A DNA stretch of 55,883 nt, the filler included, from Platydemus manokwari (taxonomy: Eukaryota), in the NCBI GenBank assembly GCA_037951405.1. It is 4 parts of 4 records of this genome, joined end to end, with 100 filler letters (N's around TTAATTAATTAA, not from the genome) between each part and the next. Parts side by side here need not be neighbours in the genome. Positions count along the whole stretch, not along the records: positions 1 to 15,879 come from JBBMOY011232541.1; positions 15,980 to 24,853 come from JBBMOY011336317.1; 2 more parts are not named here. One strand, 5' to 3'. The notes below the pieces were generated by a model. It was not told the origin of the DNA. It saw only the letters and a program-made list of their open reading frames with translations, and made no database searches. The translations under genes were made by a program, and so were the position numbers. Positions 11,901 through 24,953 of this stretch are shown here, piece by piece. Each line of letters begins with the position of its first letter. Within the stretch, counting starts at the first letter, position 1.

Positions 11901-14690
11901 TAAAACATTAAAAGGATTTAAATTTATATCTTACCAAGAAAAACGATGACCCCTCTTTCTCAGGATTGTTAGCATAAATTTCCAATGCATACTCCCCGGC
12001 ATCCGGTAAAAATGCTAAGATAATAAATTTATCGACTGAATTGTGTGCATATGTGTTTCTTTGAAGTAAGCGACTTATTAATTTGTTATCTTCATGGAAA
12101 GAACTTTTCAGCCTTGCCATTAGACGGGGAAAATTATTTTTATCCTGAGTTAAACATTATTTATCAGTGTGATCAATGACAGTTAAAAAACCTCTTCTGC
12201 TTTTGAAAACGAAATTTCGAATTCCCCATATGGTAACATCATAGAAGAGCTATTTTCCAAAGAACACTTCAAATTGTATTGGCATGCCATTTCTGTTTTT
12301 CCGTACGAAGATTGCTGAGTAGGCGGATACGGTACAACATGCTCTTCTTCCATGACTTTCTAAATATAATGAAATAGAAATCCATGTTATCACAATCACG
12401 GTCAAAGATAATTTAACTAACACCAGAGTGAAAAAATCATTACAAGTCATGAAAGAAATGTTGAGTAACAACGAAGATAGTTTAATATGACAAATATAAT
12501 TTTATCGCACAAGACTAGATTTTTTTCTTTCTTTATATCGACTTCGAATGATTTAATTAACATTTTCACCGTTAATTTTGTTATCCGATCAACGTTTGTG
12601 TTTTATAGGAAAATTATCCCATAACTCTATGGGGGATATTATCATAATTAAGTTTGTTTCCTTGGAATAAATTTGTTTCTTTTGTTTATAATTACATTTG
12701 GTTTGCATTGAAATCCAAATTTTAATTAATGGAATTAATCTCCCATTGTTAAAGATATATATTTAGGCACTATTCGATTTTTTTTAATTATTTCGGACGA
12801 AAAAATATCAAAAATTATGAAAATGTTTATATTTTGTCGAAGGGCAGGTGCTTTTAAATGAATAATAATAATCGATATTGAGATACAAATGATATTTTAT
12901 AACGATTTCCCAGGAACTGATGACAACACACATACACACACACACACACACAGCTTCATTAAATAAACTTTGCCAATGGGATTTATTGATTGCTCATTTC
13001 GAAAATGTTCGACATTTCCCGGTGAGTAGCAGTTCATAATGAGTTCATTCGAGAGACATATGTTAGTACAAAACAGATGAAACTCGATAAATTCAACCCA
13101 ATATTGTAGAAAAATATATAATTCCAAAGATATTTTTTATGACACCCAGAGTGAATAAACGAGAATTGCTAACATTTATTAGAAATTATAAACGGTAAAA
13201 AAATAAAATAAATAGAAAAAAAATAGCTGATTCATTGAAATAGAAATGATGTATTCGTGTTTTAATTGAATACAGTTCTAATATCGTTTTACGAGTTCAT
13301 AACAATGTGAAAATTGAAACAATGATAATTATCGTTAGATTATTTTTATCTAAAAACAACTCTGTTTAGAATCGTTGTCATAGTAACCGCTAATATTTTA
13401 AGCATACTTCTAGTAACACATGCATAAACAGAACAAATTTAAATTGAAATGAAATACAATATAAAAACACAACAACCTCGCCACTTTTATTAACAGTTTC
13501 TTTTTCGGGCAATTTAGCATTGACACGATATTCACATATTCCTCCGAAAATCTGATCGCCATACTCGCGTGCATAAAGCAATAATTTGTACGATCCGGAT
13601 TTCGGGAATCTAAAGTTCAAAGTACAAATTCCAGTTTGTTTATTGGTTTCTTGAATGCCGTATCTCGTTAAATTGGATCCCTGGTAGAATGGTGAATATT
13701 AATTTCTATATCCAATGTAATTAATAAATATCATTGATCGCCTACTTCATAAATCTCTCCCAATCCTTCCAATGTTAAAGTAAATGTTAGGCAAATCTTT
13801 TCCACCAATTCAATTGGTAACTTTATCATGAGAACTAGTTTTTCTCTCACATCCAAGACAGCTTGAGTGTGGGAATAAAGTTCCAAATTGTATTTGAAAA
13901 ATGTCGGTTTGACCAAAGTTAAATCTTCGAATTCCTGAATAAGTGTTTGAAACACCCGGGAAATTATCACCAATTACTTCTAATGTTATCTTTTTGTTTG
14001 TCAATTGCCAATCATCTTCGAATGGAAAATGAGTATAGCGTAGCTGAGTTGGGTTTGTCATAAAGTAAAATAGGTCAAGATCATATTTGATTCTATCCGA
14101 ATTGATTGATTTACCCATGAGACGCCTTGCTGCCCAATGACAATCAAACAGATACCAAATGTCATCAACTTTAACGGCATTCCATGCGTGTTGCGCTTCT
14201 TTTCCACCACCTAATTTCATTCCAGGTTTGTAATCAACACCTTTAGCATATCCTCGGATTAATTTGCATTGAAGACCAGCATATCTGCATAACATTTGGA
14301 AAACCTGGGCGTAAGCTGTCTTACCAGTGGATATGCCTAATAAAACTGCTTCGGGAGAATCCGCTGGTGGAGATTCATTAGAAAATTTTAAATCATGAAG
14401 ATTCTTGGTTGTCAGCCAGGTAAATAAGGCACAGACTTTTTGATATTCATTACAATCAATGCCATCAGATCTCTTGTAAATCAAATGATATATTAATGGA
14501 ATGAAAGAGGAAAAGCTGTGTTTTCCAATTGCTATGGCTAAATCGTCTAGATGCTTTTCTGGTATATTATAATTATTCTCATCTGGAATTTCAGAATCCT
14601 TTGGAATGACGTCTTTACCGATTGGCTCAACTAAGTTTGGTTGAAAATCTTCTGGTGGGTCAGGATAGATTGAGTCAGGTTGAGCTTCTT
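8917..14690 (-). CDS. Hillarin/kyphoscoliosis-peptidase-like protein (transglutaminase-like domain plus tandem KY-type Ig-like repeats); 5' end missing
   Basis: Eight phase-consistent GT-AG exons: 14690-13978, 13934-13746, 13680-13477, 12359-12192, 12144-11935, 10545-10264, 10214-9873, 9120-8917 (about 770 codons, stop at 8917). Motifs are YAQVFQMLCRYAGLQCKLIRGYAKG, HAWNAV, FDCHW and YFMTNPTQLRYTHFP, then repeated P..G.Y.L.(L/I)Y(A/G) motifs. The first exon found starts in phase 1 with an in-frame stop upstream. Confidence 0.88.
11806..11875. repeat. Low-complexity (TAT/TTA)n tract in an intron
   Basis: Degenerate trinucleotide run visible in the sequence. Confidence 0.6.
12926..12952. repeat. 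(CA)n microsatellite
   Basis: About 13 CA units with one interruption, inside an intron of the hillarin-like gene. Confidence 0.9.
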
Positions 14691-15879
14691 CTAAAATATT
14701 AATAGGACAACTTTAATGTGGTTTTTAATCATTTTCCATGAACTTTTAAATACAAATAATAAACAATTTATTAGAAGCAAAATTTACAGAGCGTTACAAA
14801 ATCTAGCATTCATTAGGCATTCATGACAAAGGATAGCTTATTAATTGTCACGATAAAGTTGCTTATTCATAAAATATAATATTCGATTAGGTTCACTTGA
14901 AACATGATTCTAAGATTATTTAACAGTGACTATTTCGGCGATGAAAATCGATTAAAAGATCCAAACTTGAAAGGAAAAGTACAACAACATATTTTTTAGT
15001 TATTTTAGTTATTCCGGGACTTTGTCAAGTTGACATGGTAATTTTATTATTTTATACAATGAAAACCATTTCTTCTTTCCATTGTTCATTTGATTTTCAT
15101 CAAACCGATTGCAACAGCATGAATCCACCAACTAAAATTGTTTGCCTGTCCTTTCCAAATTTTACAAAGTTAGAATTCAAATGATTCCCCCCAAATTGAT
15201 TATTGAATACAAAAAGAAATATTGAAAGTAACATTTATAAAAAGAGTTGTGAATTCTGTGAATAAATGACAAGATATATGGGGTGCCTCAGAGTGAATTC
15301 TCAAACAAAATCATTGAATATTTTAAAAATGGTATTCGTTGTATCGCTATAAATTCAAAAACGCTTGATTATAGTTTGTTAGATGATTGTGTATCGATCT
15401 GATTTCAATCGTATCACAATGTCAAACGACTAAAGAGCTCATGTTTTTGTAAATAATTCTCAGTGAAAGAGGAGAATATCGTGAAGTGGGCTGACTTTTT
15501 GAAGATCTTTACGGTGAATCAAAAGATTACTAGTAATTCCTACTTTAACAGAAAATGGAATTTTCCACACATCACACGAAGGGTTGTGTAGAGAAATAAG
15601 TTTTCATTAGATAATCTTTACATGTATTATGGAAAATCAAAACTATAAACACTTTTTTCTTAACTATATAAAGATATTTATTTTTATAAAACTATACTTG
15701 TTGTGGCCTTTTGCAAACTTGAGCAATTATAAACTCAAGCTAATCGAATCTTTCAAATTGATGTGTATGAAAAATTATCTTTTTAACTATTCTAGAGAGC
15801 AGTTTATCTTTTTATTATATAGCTGTAATTGCTCTAAAATACCATTCACATTATTCTGAAGTTCTAGATATCTAAACTG

Positions 15880-15979
15880 NNNNNNNNNNNNNNNNNNNNN
15901 NNNNNNNNNNNNNNNNNNNNNNNTTAATTAATTAANNNNNNNNNNNNNNNNNNNNNNNNNNNNNNNNNNNNNNNNNNNN
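15880..15979. other. Artificial assembly spacer N44-TTAATTAATTAA-N44
   Basis: 100 bp; the central 12-mer puts stops in all six frames; identical to the other two spacers. Confidence 0.97.
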
Positions 15980-16522
15980 ATGTATATTTGAGAAATCAAT
16001 CTTCAGCAATTTATTTAATAACATTATTTTGGTTTTTTTAATAGTTTCGAAAATCAATAAAAGAAATAACAATCAAAAAATATAAATAATTGAAATTGGA
16101 ACAACAAATATAGTAATAAATAATAATAATTGGATTTAATAATAAAGTCGATTTAAGAAATACTTATTTGACGAAGCACTTTACAATAATAGAATAGTTG
16201 AGAATTGTGAATGTTGGAAAAACCACCAATGGTTAAGCCTGTGATTGCTGAATTAATTGGTAACCAAAGATCCACGTGTTACCAATGTAGGTCAAATCTG
16301 TGATTTACAAGTCCCTTAGACTGGCGATTTATCAATAAATATATCATTATAATCACATTGAAATGTGTATTTCATTATTTTTTTGTTAGAAAATATAATT
16401 TTTATTTTTCTTCGTTTCTGGAACTCATTTTTTAGGTCTTTGATAAGTTTGATAAAATTTTAATTAGATAATTAAATAAAATAAATCAATTTATTGTTTA
16501 TTATGGCTTTTTTTATTGTCAG

Positions 16523-19500
16523 GTAATTCCAAACAACATTCCAGATTTGATGGATAAATTTCTTAATATTAATCAATCGATGAAATTTAAATTCAAAGAA
16601 TTAACGAAAACAATGAACTTATTGGGAAAATGTGTTGATAACAATGGTAATGATTAATGATTTCAATATTGATATTCTATTAACTATTATTTTATTCATT
16701 TTCTACTTTTTAATGTTTCGATACAATTTATTGACTCATTATTATTCAACACCCAATTTATGATATTTTCCAAACGGGAATAATAATATATTTTATCAAC
16801 AATTTTAACAAACATCTCTTTATTCAAACATATCATATTAATGGGTTAATAATATTTTATAATGGTATTCAAAAATATGGATACAGACACAATTTATTTA
16901 GTTCAGTAACTGTTATAACTTGAATTGCTCATCACATTTGGTGTGTGAAATTTCATAGCACAACTTTCTTTCGATCATGAGAATATTTAATCATTTTTCG
17001 TACATATAATGTATATTTTTGACCGTTTATTTGTTTATTATATTTCGTTATATTTTGATTTAAATTATTTGTCATTAGGAATGTAATGTTAATGTAGTTA
17101 ATGTAATTTAGAGAAAAAATTAAAGAAGCAATATCATAATGATCAAATTGATTTACAACACAATCTCGAATCATTATTTATCAATCAAATGAAGATTGGA
17201 GTGAGAATAATGATTATGTGAACGAGAAAAATTAGATTGTATTTAGAATTGTATTATTGAACACCATTCTATTGGTATGGATACAGCACTGGAGCAAATT
17301 AAGGCCCATTTTGCTAAACAATCTTTTCGGTATTCTAATGAAATCAAAAACCTTCGCAATCTGCAAATGATTCAACCATATGCTTTGGTAGCTTGTCTTT
17401 TTCGCAAGTATGACCATTTTCAATGAGCAATATCATAAATTACATCTTGATTAAAATCTTTAGTAGAAAAACAGGTTTCTTGAAATAGATTGTGCCAATG
17501 AGACAATGAAATTAAATAGATTAATTAAATAAAATAAAACATCATATGTTCCAAAGAGAGCATACTGACTGAATATAGATATTAACCAAGTATATTTAAA
17601 AATTAATTGAAAATTGTCTGAAAACTAGTAAGATGATTTAGGTTAACGGATAATAAGATGTGTTTTTATCACCAATCAGATTTAGTCAAACATTGATCTA
17701 TCAATTCATACAAATTGTTAGTAGGTCTTTGGAAACACTGTATTGCGCTATTTTCCATTGAATTATCAAACTGAATTTAATTATATTACTTAAAATTAAA
17801 TTTTAAATATGAAAATTTTAATGTTTTCATTGATATTCTGTGCAATAAACAACAATGTCTTGTGAATGGACATTGGATTTTAGTTTAGATTGATATAAAT
17901 CGAATATTGATATTTTTATATAGTTATGCTAAACGAGTTCACATATATTAAAAAAATTCTTAATTCAATTTTCAGTGATATAAAACAATGTATTACATTT
18001 AATGGGCATAAATATTCAGATATGTATAATAAATGGTAAATAGATAGATGATTATGGTGATATTAAGCTTAATAATAATAACAGTAATAATAATAATATA
18101 AGACTTGATTGAAAAACACCAATATAATTTTTCTTAGATCTATCTTTAAATGACAAAATTGTTTGATTTATTTAATTTAGTATGATATTTTCCTCTGATT
18201 TATTTAATTTACGCAATAATATCTTCTTACAGAGGAGCAGTATCGTCTGGATTACTCTATCAGTTTTTCCTTATTTACAGAGAATTTTATACTTCATTGG
18301 AATTCTTTACCACGTTGTCTAGTATTTTTAATAATTTTCAAACCAAATTTGTAAATCAGCATCGTCAATTTATTAATGTCAAATTTCGACTGTTATTTAT
18401 TATTTTGTGTTGGATTGATGGATTTTATAAAATTGATTTTACTGATCAACTTTATTTAAAAGTGATTAATTTGGTGAGAAAAAATGTAATTTTCTGTAAA
18501 TGTTTTTTCATTATTTTTTTACATTTTAATTTTTCCAGTTAACACCATATCTTAAAAATTGTGATGATATTATTGAAAAAGTATCGACAAGAGCCAAAAA
18601 TGATACTGGGTCTCCATTATTATTCCAATTTGTATTTTTAAATGATGGAAACGATTCAGTAAAATTTATTGTTATTTTTATAATTACTTTATTTATCATT
18701 ATTATAATAATATATTCTATTTTCCAAAAATTTTATTATTATGTATTACCATATCTCAAATGTGCAGAAATATGACCATTTTATGTTTGATTGTGGATTT
18801 TTAAATAAATAAGCATGGGAAAGGATTTTGGATAATAAAGCTGAATAACTGTTATACAATTTTCAAAACATTCGCTCGACGCATTTACTTGAATTTCTCA
18901 TTGAACCCGTAACATAACCACATAACGCAAATTTTAGGTGTATTTGTTAAAAGCTTCGAAAATACTTTGACATCATATAGAAAACATATTTTGTTTGAGA
19001 ATTCTTTTTTATGATCGATGAAATATTATTTTATATTTTTGAGCAATTTTAAAGATATTTTTAGAAAGTAGATCGTGTTCATAAAGTTGATATTCAAAAA
19101 GCAATAAATTCGATTGAAAAAGTTCAAAATGAGAAACAAAAATTTTCAAATTGGTTTAATGTAAATTTGGAAAAACAGTCGAAAAGTAAGCACAAAGACA
19201 GTTCTTCTGTCTTTGATTTTGCACCGAAGGATTTAGCCATATGCCTAACTCTAATGGAACAAAATCTATTTAATAATATTCATCCTTGTCATTTATTGTT
19301 ATGTTAGTTTTTGATTTACTGAGCTTTTGATTTTGATTGGTTTTATATCAAGATATAAATTCATTGTCATGCACTGAAGAAAGCATTCTTCAAACAATAA
19401 AGCTTCATAAGTTTTCGACCAATTCATCGATAAACGAACACTCACAACATAAGGAAATACTGTCATTATTGCGTCATTCAGGCAAAATAACACATTGGGC

Positions 19501-21562
19501 AATATCAGAAATTCTTCGAAATACGGACTTAAAATTACAGGCAAAAGTTGGAATTTTGTTATTCATTGGAAATTCGAACATTTTCCTTTATGTTTAGATT
19601 GTAAAAATTCTTCTTGTCACATGCATTTGGTGTATTGAATTAAACAATTATGCTACAGCTACTAGCATTTTAGAGGCAATTCATTCCAAAACATTAAAAT
19701 GGGCTCCATTTTGGAATTATATGAAACCGAAAACATTAAAAATCATGAAACATTTGGATGATACAACAAATCATTTTTTAAGAGATGTGACGAACTTTCA
19801 TACAAATGATAAAAAATTCAGTTATTCCTTTTTGGCTGGTAATCCATTTTTACCGTCTTTAGATGGAATGTTGATGAATCTTAAATTGGCCTTGGTTGGT
19901 AAATCTATTACGAAAGAGGGATGCCTCAAATGGAAGAAATTAAAGTAAAATTCTATCAATTACTTATAAAATGAATTATTATTTTCTTCAACAATAGTCG
20001 ATTATTTATTTTAATTATGCATTCTATTGAAATACTGATTACCATACCATTACTTTCTTTGTGATATTAAGGTTATGATGTATCAGTTGTGCTAAAAAGC
20101 AATTGAAGCTTAAAGTTACTCACAGTGTCTTACAATGATACATTTCATATTTATTTGCACTTATAAATTATTGTGATAAATTATATAAAATATGCACTAT
20201 CGTTTATAATTAAGGACATATTTAGACCCACAACTTGTTTCTTATTTTCATAAGCTGGTTTTATTTACTGTGATAATTTGTTTACACTGTAAGTGCGCAG
20301 GTTATTTACAAAGGTAAAGTAAAACGATTCGTAATCGTATTAAAATTATAATAAAAACATTTACAAAGGATTATTATAAAACAAAATTTGAAATACAGTC
20401 ACATTGAGCGATTATTTCTTCGATCAGCTTCTGGTTAGATTTTGATTGTATCTGTTTGCTTGATCTGAAATAACTCTAACATGAACAATATAAAATGTTT
20501 GTTTATATTGTTATTGTAAGGTTTAGAAGTATCTGCTGATCGAATAATTGACTATTCCAAAAGGCAGTCGACCGATTGAAAGGTTTCATAATAATTTCCA
20601 ATCATTTGTGTTGGTTAGGGATTCGAATCCATCATTTGATAATTCACTAATTGATGAATTAGAAAACGTGTCCATTAAAATTATATTTGAAAAAATAAAT
20701 ATTTATTCCATTAAAGAATATATCGAAAGATTTGAAATCGACAATATGCAATTAAATGGCAGCATTGATGGATCCCACATCAGGCCAAGATACCTAACAA
20801 CTTACTTTTGTGAAAAGGAGATAAATCAAATCAATCAGAAAATATTTACAATATACTGGTTCATTAAAATTTATTTGCAGTCGAATTGTAAACCTGTTTG
20901 TCGAAGAGATTTGCTAAATATACGACTTGGAGAGATATCGAGATTCGAGTCACCACGTTCTGTAATGCTTGAACCTTGAAATCCTTCATAGTTAAATTGG
21001 TCGATGTTAGATGAAGTCAGTATCATCCAGTGCTGTTATGGAAAGTATTGTTGCTGTCTTCTGTATTACCAGTTGTTATAGATTTTTTATTTCAAATCAG
21101 CATATCTCAATTATTTTTAAATAACATTTATTTATGATATTTATTGTCATATTCATTTGCAGTTCGTGATGTTTCAATAATAATTTATTAAGTCGTTTAT
21201 ATTCTATACTGACTGATTTGAAGTCGTAATTCTTTTAAATATTCTACTTCATTCTCCATTCACGTGTCCTTAACGAATCTTTATACTTTAGAAATAAATT
21301 AATTTAAAAAATTATTAAAAATTTAATGATTTCATTAAATCTCATATTTTTAATATTAAAACTTTATTTATTTATATTATTTTTGTTCAGGAAAATCTGC
21401 GATATACTAGATAAAATACGAATTTATATGCAATTTAAATATGTATCCAATAATTTAGAAATAAATGAATTAAAAAGAAAATTGTCATCTCGTATAAATC
21501 ATCTTACAAGCATATCTTTGGATATTCTTCAATCTCACAACATGCTCGCTCAAGAATCCTAA
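16523..21562 (+). CDS. kndc1: KNDC1 (very-KIND)-like Ras guanine-nucleotide exchange factor, REM + CDC25 domains; 5' end unresolved
   Basis: Phase-consistent exons 16523-16646, 17112-17200, 17247-17407, 18233-18461, 18539-18658, 19065-19302, 19353-19546, 19598-19944, 21391-21562. REM: YQFFLIYREFYTSLEF...LLFIILCWIDGFYKIDF. CDC25: LTLMEQNLFNNIHPCHLL, LLRHSGKITHWAISEIL, NYATATSILEAI, PFLPS, WKKLKKICDILDKI. From memory these resemble the KNDC1 C-terminus more than Sos or RasGRF. Confidence 0.75.
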
Positions 21563-22006
21563 TCTTTCAAATTTTAATCATATTGTTTTTCAGATTTTGT
21601 AAATGTTTTATATCCATATAATGTGATAATTTATGAGTTTTTCAATAAAATGATTTCTTTTTTAACTAACTTTTGTCGAAGCTTTTGAATATCTGTAATT
21701 AATATTTGAAATTAATAATTTAATAGAAAAAATATAATTGCATAATATAAACTTTTATAATGATTATTAAAGTTTTGACACAGAGTTATGCATATATATA
21801 TATATGGGTACATGTTTGTGTTGCGATACTCACTAACACTGAATACCTTATAGTATAATTATCAGTCACAACCTTACATGTCAAATAATCACGACACAAA
21901 CAATTACACCACATACCTTAAATAATAAATTCACGTACTCAGTGAAAGTGTATCACTTCTTCTGAAGCAACTATTCATCAAATTTTCCAAAATATATTTG
22001 TAATCA

Positions 22007-22810
22007 TTATGAAACTCCATACGAAATTTTGCTAACAACTGATACTAGCAATTTGCTTTCATCATAACTAAATAAATGATCATACTTTCGAAATTCTACC
22101 GTTGACAAATCTTTCAATTTCAACTGATTAAAATGAACCATTACAATACTTTTTATGAGTTTAAAATTTTGTGAATTTTTACCAAATACTTTTCCTGCAA
22201 AGAAATATAAATTTATTTCAATTTTCACTTCAAATTTGGAACGAAATGAAAAAAAAATTTTTTTTATATACTCCTGACTATTAAAATTTTGTTGCTTAAC
22301 AAGTTGTCTTACTATTCCTTTTAAATACAAAGGTAGTCTCAGAATAATCTTATTTTTATAGGTAAATAAAGCTGAAATTATATATATGCCAAATCACGAT
22401 TGGATCCGCAATCTAACGTTAAAATCGACTGAACCTACCAACTTAAAAGACTGGCTGCTAGAATAATCACACAAAGAATTTCTACATATACAGACTGAAC
22501 TGATCATAAAGTGCTGATAATTGATTTCGAAAATCACCTTTTTTAGGCTTGTTATGTATTGAAATATTGTCTTTACAACATTGCTTTTCATTCCATTGTA
22601 CTTCCTGAAATATGGGCTTTTAAAAAAGTTTTCATATCCAATGTCATTGGAGTATGTCAATGTATTTTATCTGTTGTGGGTTGTGATCCAATTAATAATC
22701 AATACTTTTTAATTGAACTTCAAGTTCAGATCTATCTGTGCCAACATAAAATAATGAACTATTAGATAATTAAATGACATCCGAGAAAGAAGTAATATTT
22801 CCAAACAAAG
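22007..22810 (-). pseudogene. Long degenerate coding-like frame of unknown family, divergent from ift88
   Basis: ORFs 22660-22394 and 22330-22007 share one frame, and 22393-22331 is stop-free. That gives about 217 codons broken by a single TGA. Stop-ridden coding-like sequence continues to about 22810 in another frame. No recognisable motif. Confidence 0.3.
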
Positions 22811-23521
22811 TTCTGTAACAAAACTTGAAAATATTTAATATATACAAATCAGTACACAATATTGATTGACTCCAAATCAAGACTATAAAATAAGTTGGCC
22901 CAGTATAGAAACTGCGAGTCCTTCTGGACTTTTAAAATTTATCTATTTTTCATTCCTTCTGAAATAAACACAGCTTATGATTTGAACTTGGTTCTTAGAC
23001 TGGCTGTTATTTTGCTATATATTTCTATTAATGAAACAATCTTACTTTTCAATACTTTATAAAGGCAGAATTTTATTACTTCTATAAATCATGGCAGAGC
23101 ATATTATAAGTTGGATACAAAGAGATATAATAATAGTTGATTATTATATTATAAATGTTATTCTTACTTTATATTACATTTGTAAATACTCAAAAAATGA
23201 TCAATAATAAAAACTACGGAAATGTTATATTGTTGAATGTATATTTTATACTTAAGATATTTAGAAAATTAAAAAAGAAAATGTTGATATTTTATTGTTG
23301 GTATAAATAATTATTGGAACTTTAAATTATTTTATAAATCTCTTAATCAATTAGTTAGAACTTTTTAATTGATATTTAACAACGGAAAAATATTTAATTA
23401 AACAATAGTTAATTTAAAATGTTATAATTATTCATTGATTTTAATGTTAAAATATTTATGTATATTAATTTAATAATCAATTTTAATTCCATATGATTTG
23501 TTTTAAAAATATATAACTAAT

Positions 23522-23535
23522 GTTGCTACGGTAAA
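23522..23535 (+). promoter_or_regulatory. X-box (RFX binding site) of ift88
   Basis: GTTGCTACGGTAAA, one mismatch from GTTRCY-N2-RGYAAC, ending just under 40 nt before the ift88 ATG. RFX control of IFT genes is established. Confidence 0.65.
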
Positions 23536-23572
23536 TCAGAATATTTGAAATTTTATATTTATTTCGATAATT

Positions 23573-24528
23573 ATGTTTAAAACAAATAGTAAAGTAAATT
23601 TTAATCCTGAGGATGAGGATGATGATATGTACGGAGGTTTTAATACGAAAATGGGTTTAGATGCGCAATCATTGTTTGAGAATGAGAGTATTCAGCAAGC
23701 TCTTCGTCAAACAAGTTATGGTAGAAAAGGAACGGTATACATTTTAAAGTATTTTTAAATCTCAAAGATAGATTTAATGTCTTCAGAGTTTTAATTCATC
23801 AAAATTTCAAGCTGGTAAATTACAAACCGGTAAATTACGTACAGGTGATCGTTTAGCGACAAGTTTCAACAATGCTGCCGGTGACGGCAAGCGCTTAATG
23901 ACCGCAGTTAAAGCTGCAGGATATTCTTCCACAAATCGTGGTCGATTAGGTGTAGGAGATTCGATTAAAGACACCGGGCCTGCACCACCATTGGAAAGTA
24001 AACCTGAAGATACTCCTGAAGAAAAAATCAAACAAATGGAGAAAAAAGTACACAAAATACAAGCCATTCTCCATAAAGCTATATTAAAACATTTAGGTCA
24101 ACAGTTTAATAGATGAAAGCTGTCTGGCAGCATCGAGAGGCAATCTGACACTAGCTTTAGAAAAAGCCAAGGAAGCCGGTCAGAAAGAGCGAGTTCTGGT
24201 TCGACAACGAGACCAGTTAGGAGTAGCGGATCAGATAAATTTAGATCTGACATATTCAGTGTTGTTCAATTTGGCCAATCAATATGCAGCAAATGAAATG
24301 CATCAAGATGCTCTCGTAACTTATCAGGCAATTGTCAAGAATAAAATGTTCACCCATGCAGGTTTGGGATAAAGATTTGTAGTTTTGATTTTCAATACGG
24401 TTCAACTGTTCAGGTCGACTGAAGGTCAATATGGGCAATATTTATTTTGCTATGAAAAACTATTCGAAGGCCATCAAAATGTACAGGATGGGCCTTGATC
24501 AAGTTCCAACAACTCATAAATTTATGAG
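23573..24528 (+). CDS. ift88: Intraflagellar transport protein 88, exons 1-4; truncated by the assembly gap
   Basis: Exons 23573-23734, 23787-24047, 24097-24361, 24414-24528 (about 267 aa). Diagnostic motifs: EDDDMYGGFN, RLMTAVKAAGYSS, GPAPPLESKPEDTPEEKIKQMEKKV, ALEKAKEAGQKERVL, NLDLTYSVLFNLA, IVKNKMFTHAGRLKVNMGNIY, AIKMYRMGLDQVP. Confidence 0.96.
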
Positions 24529-24758
24529 GTAATTTCGGGATTGTTTTGGATTTAAATGTTAAATCAGCTGTTTTAATTAATTCAAATTAATGTTTTTATT
24601 TAATAATGGCTTTTAATTAATTCCTTGATTGTTAAATTTTATAGAAAGTAGCTTTGAAACCTTTAAAGTACTTTTGATGATTGATAATGCTTAAAAATTC
24701 GATTATTTATAAATTATTATGTGTTAATTATTATTATAATATTACACTGGGTTTTACA

Positions 24759-24853
24759 TTATATCGATTATTATATTATATTGATTATTATATTATGTTG
24801 ATTATTATAATTTTTTTATTATATTATATTGGTTATTATATTAGGTTGATCAT
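24759..24853. repeat. Degenerate ~17-nt tandem repeat (TTATATTATRTTGATTA-like) at the contig end
   Basis: Four to five imperfect copies run into the gap and probably caused the contig break. Confidence 0.55.
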
Positions 24854-24953
24854 NNNNNNNNNNNNNNNNNNNNNNNNNNNNNNNNNNNNNNNNNNNNTTA
24901 ATTAATTAANNNNNNNNNNNNNNNNNNNNNNNNNNNNNNNNNNNNNNNNNNNN
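24854..24953. other. Artificial assembly spacer N44-TTAATTAATTAA-N44
   Basis: Identical to the other spacers. Confidence 0.97.

Noticed and set aside
15924-15935. Palindromic TTAATTAATTAA repeated three times in the window, as a possible repeat or recombination site
   Set aside because: It is always centred in 44+44 Ns, so it is an artificial linker.
23807-24438. Minus-strand ORFs 23807-24067 and 24256-24438
   Set aside because: Antisense shadows of ift88 exons.
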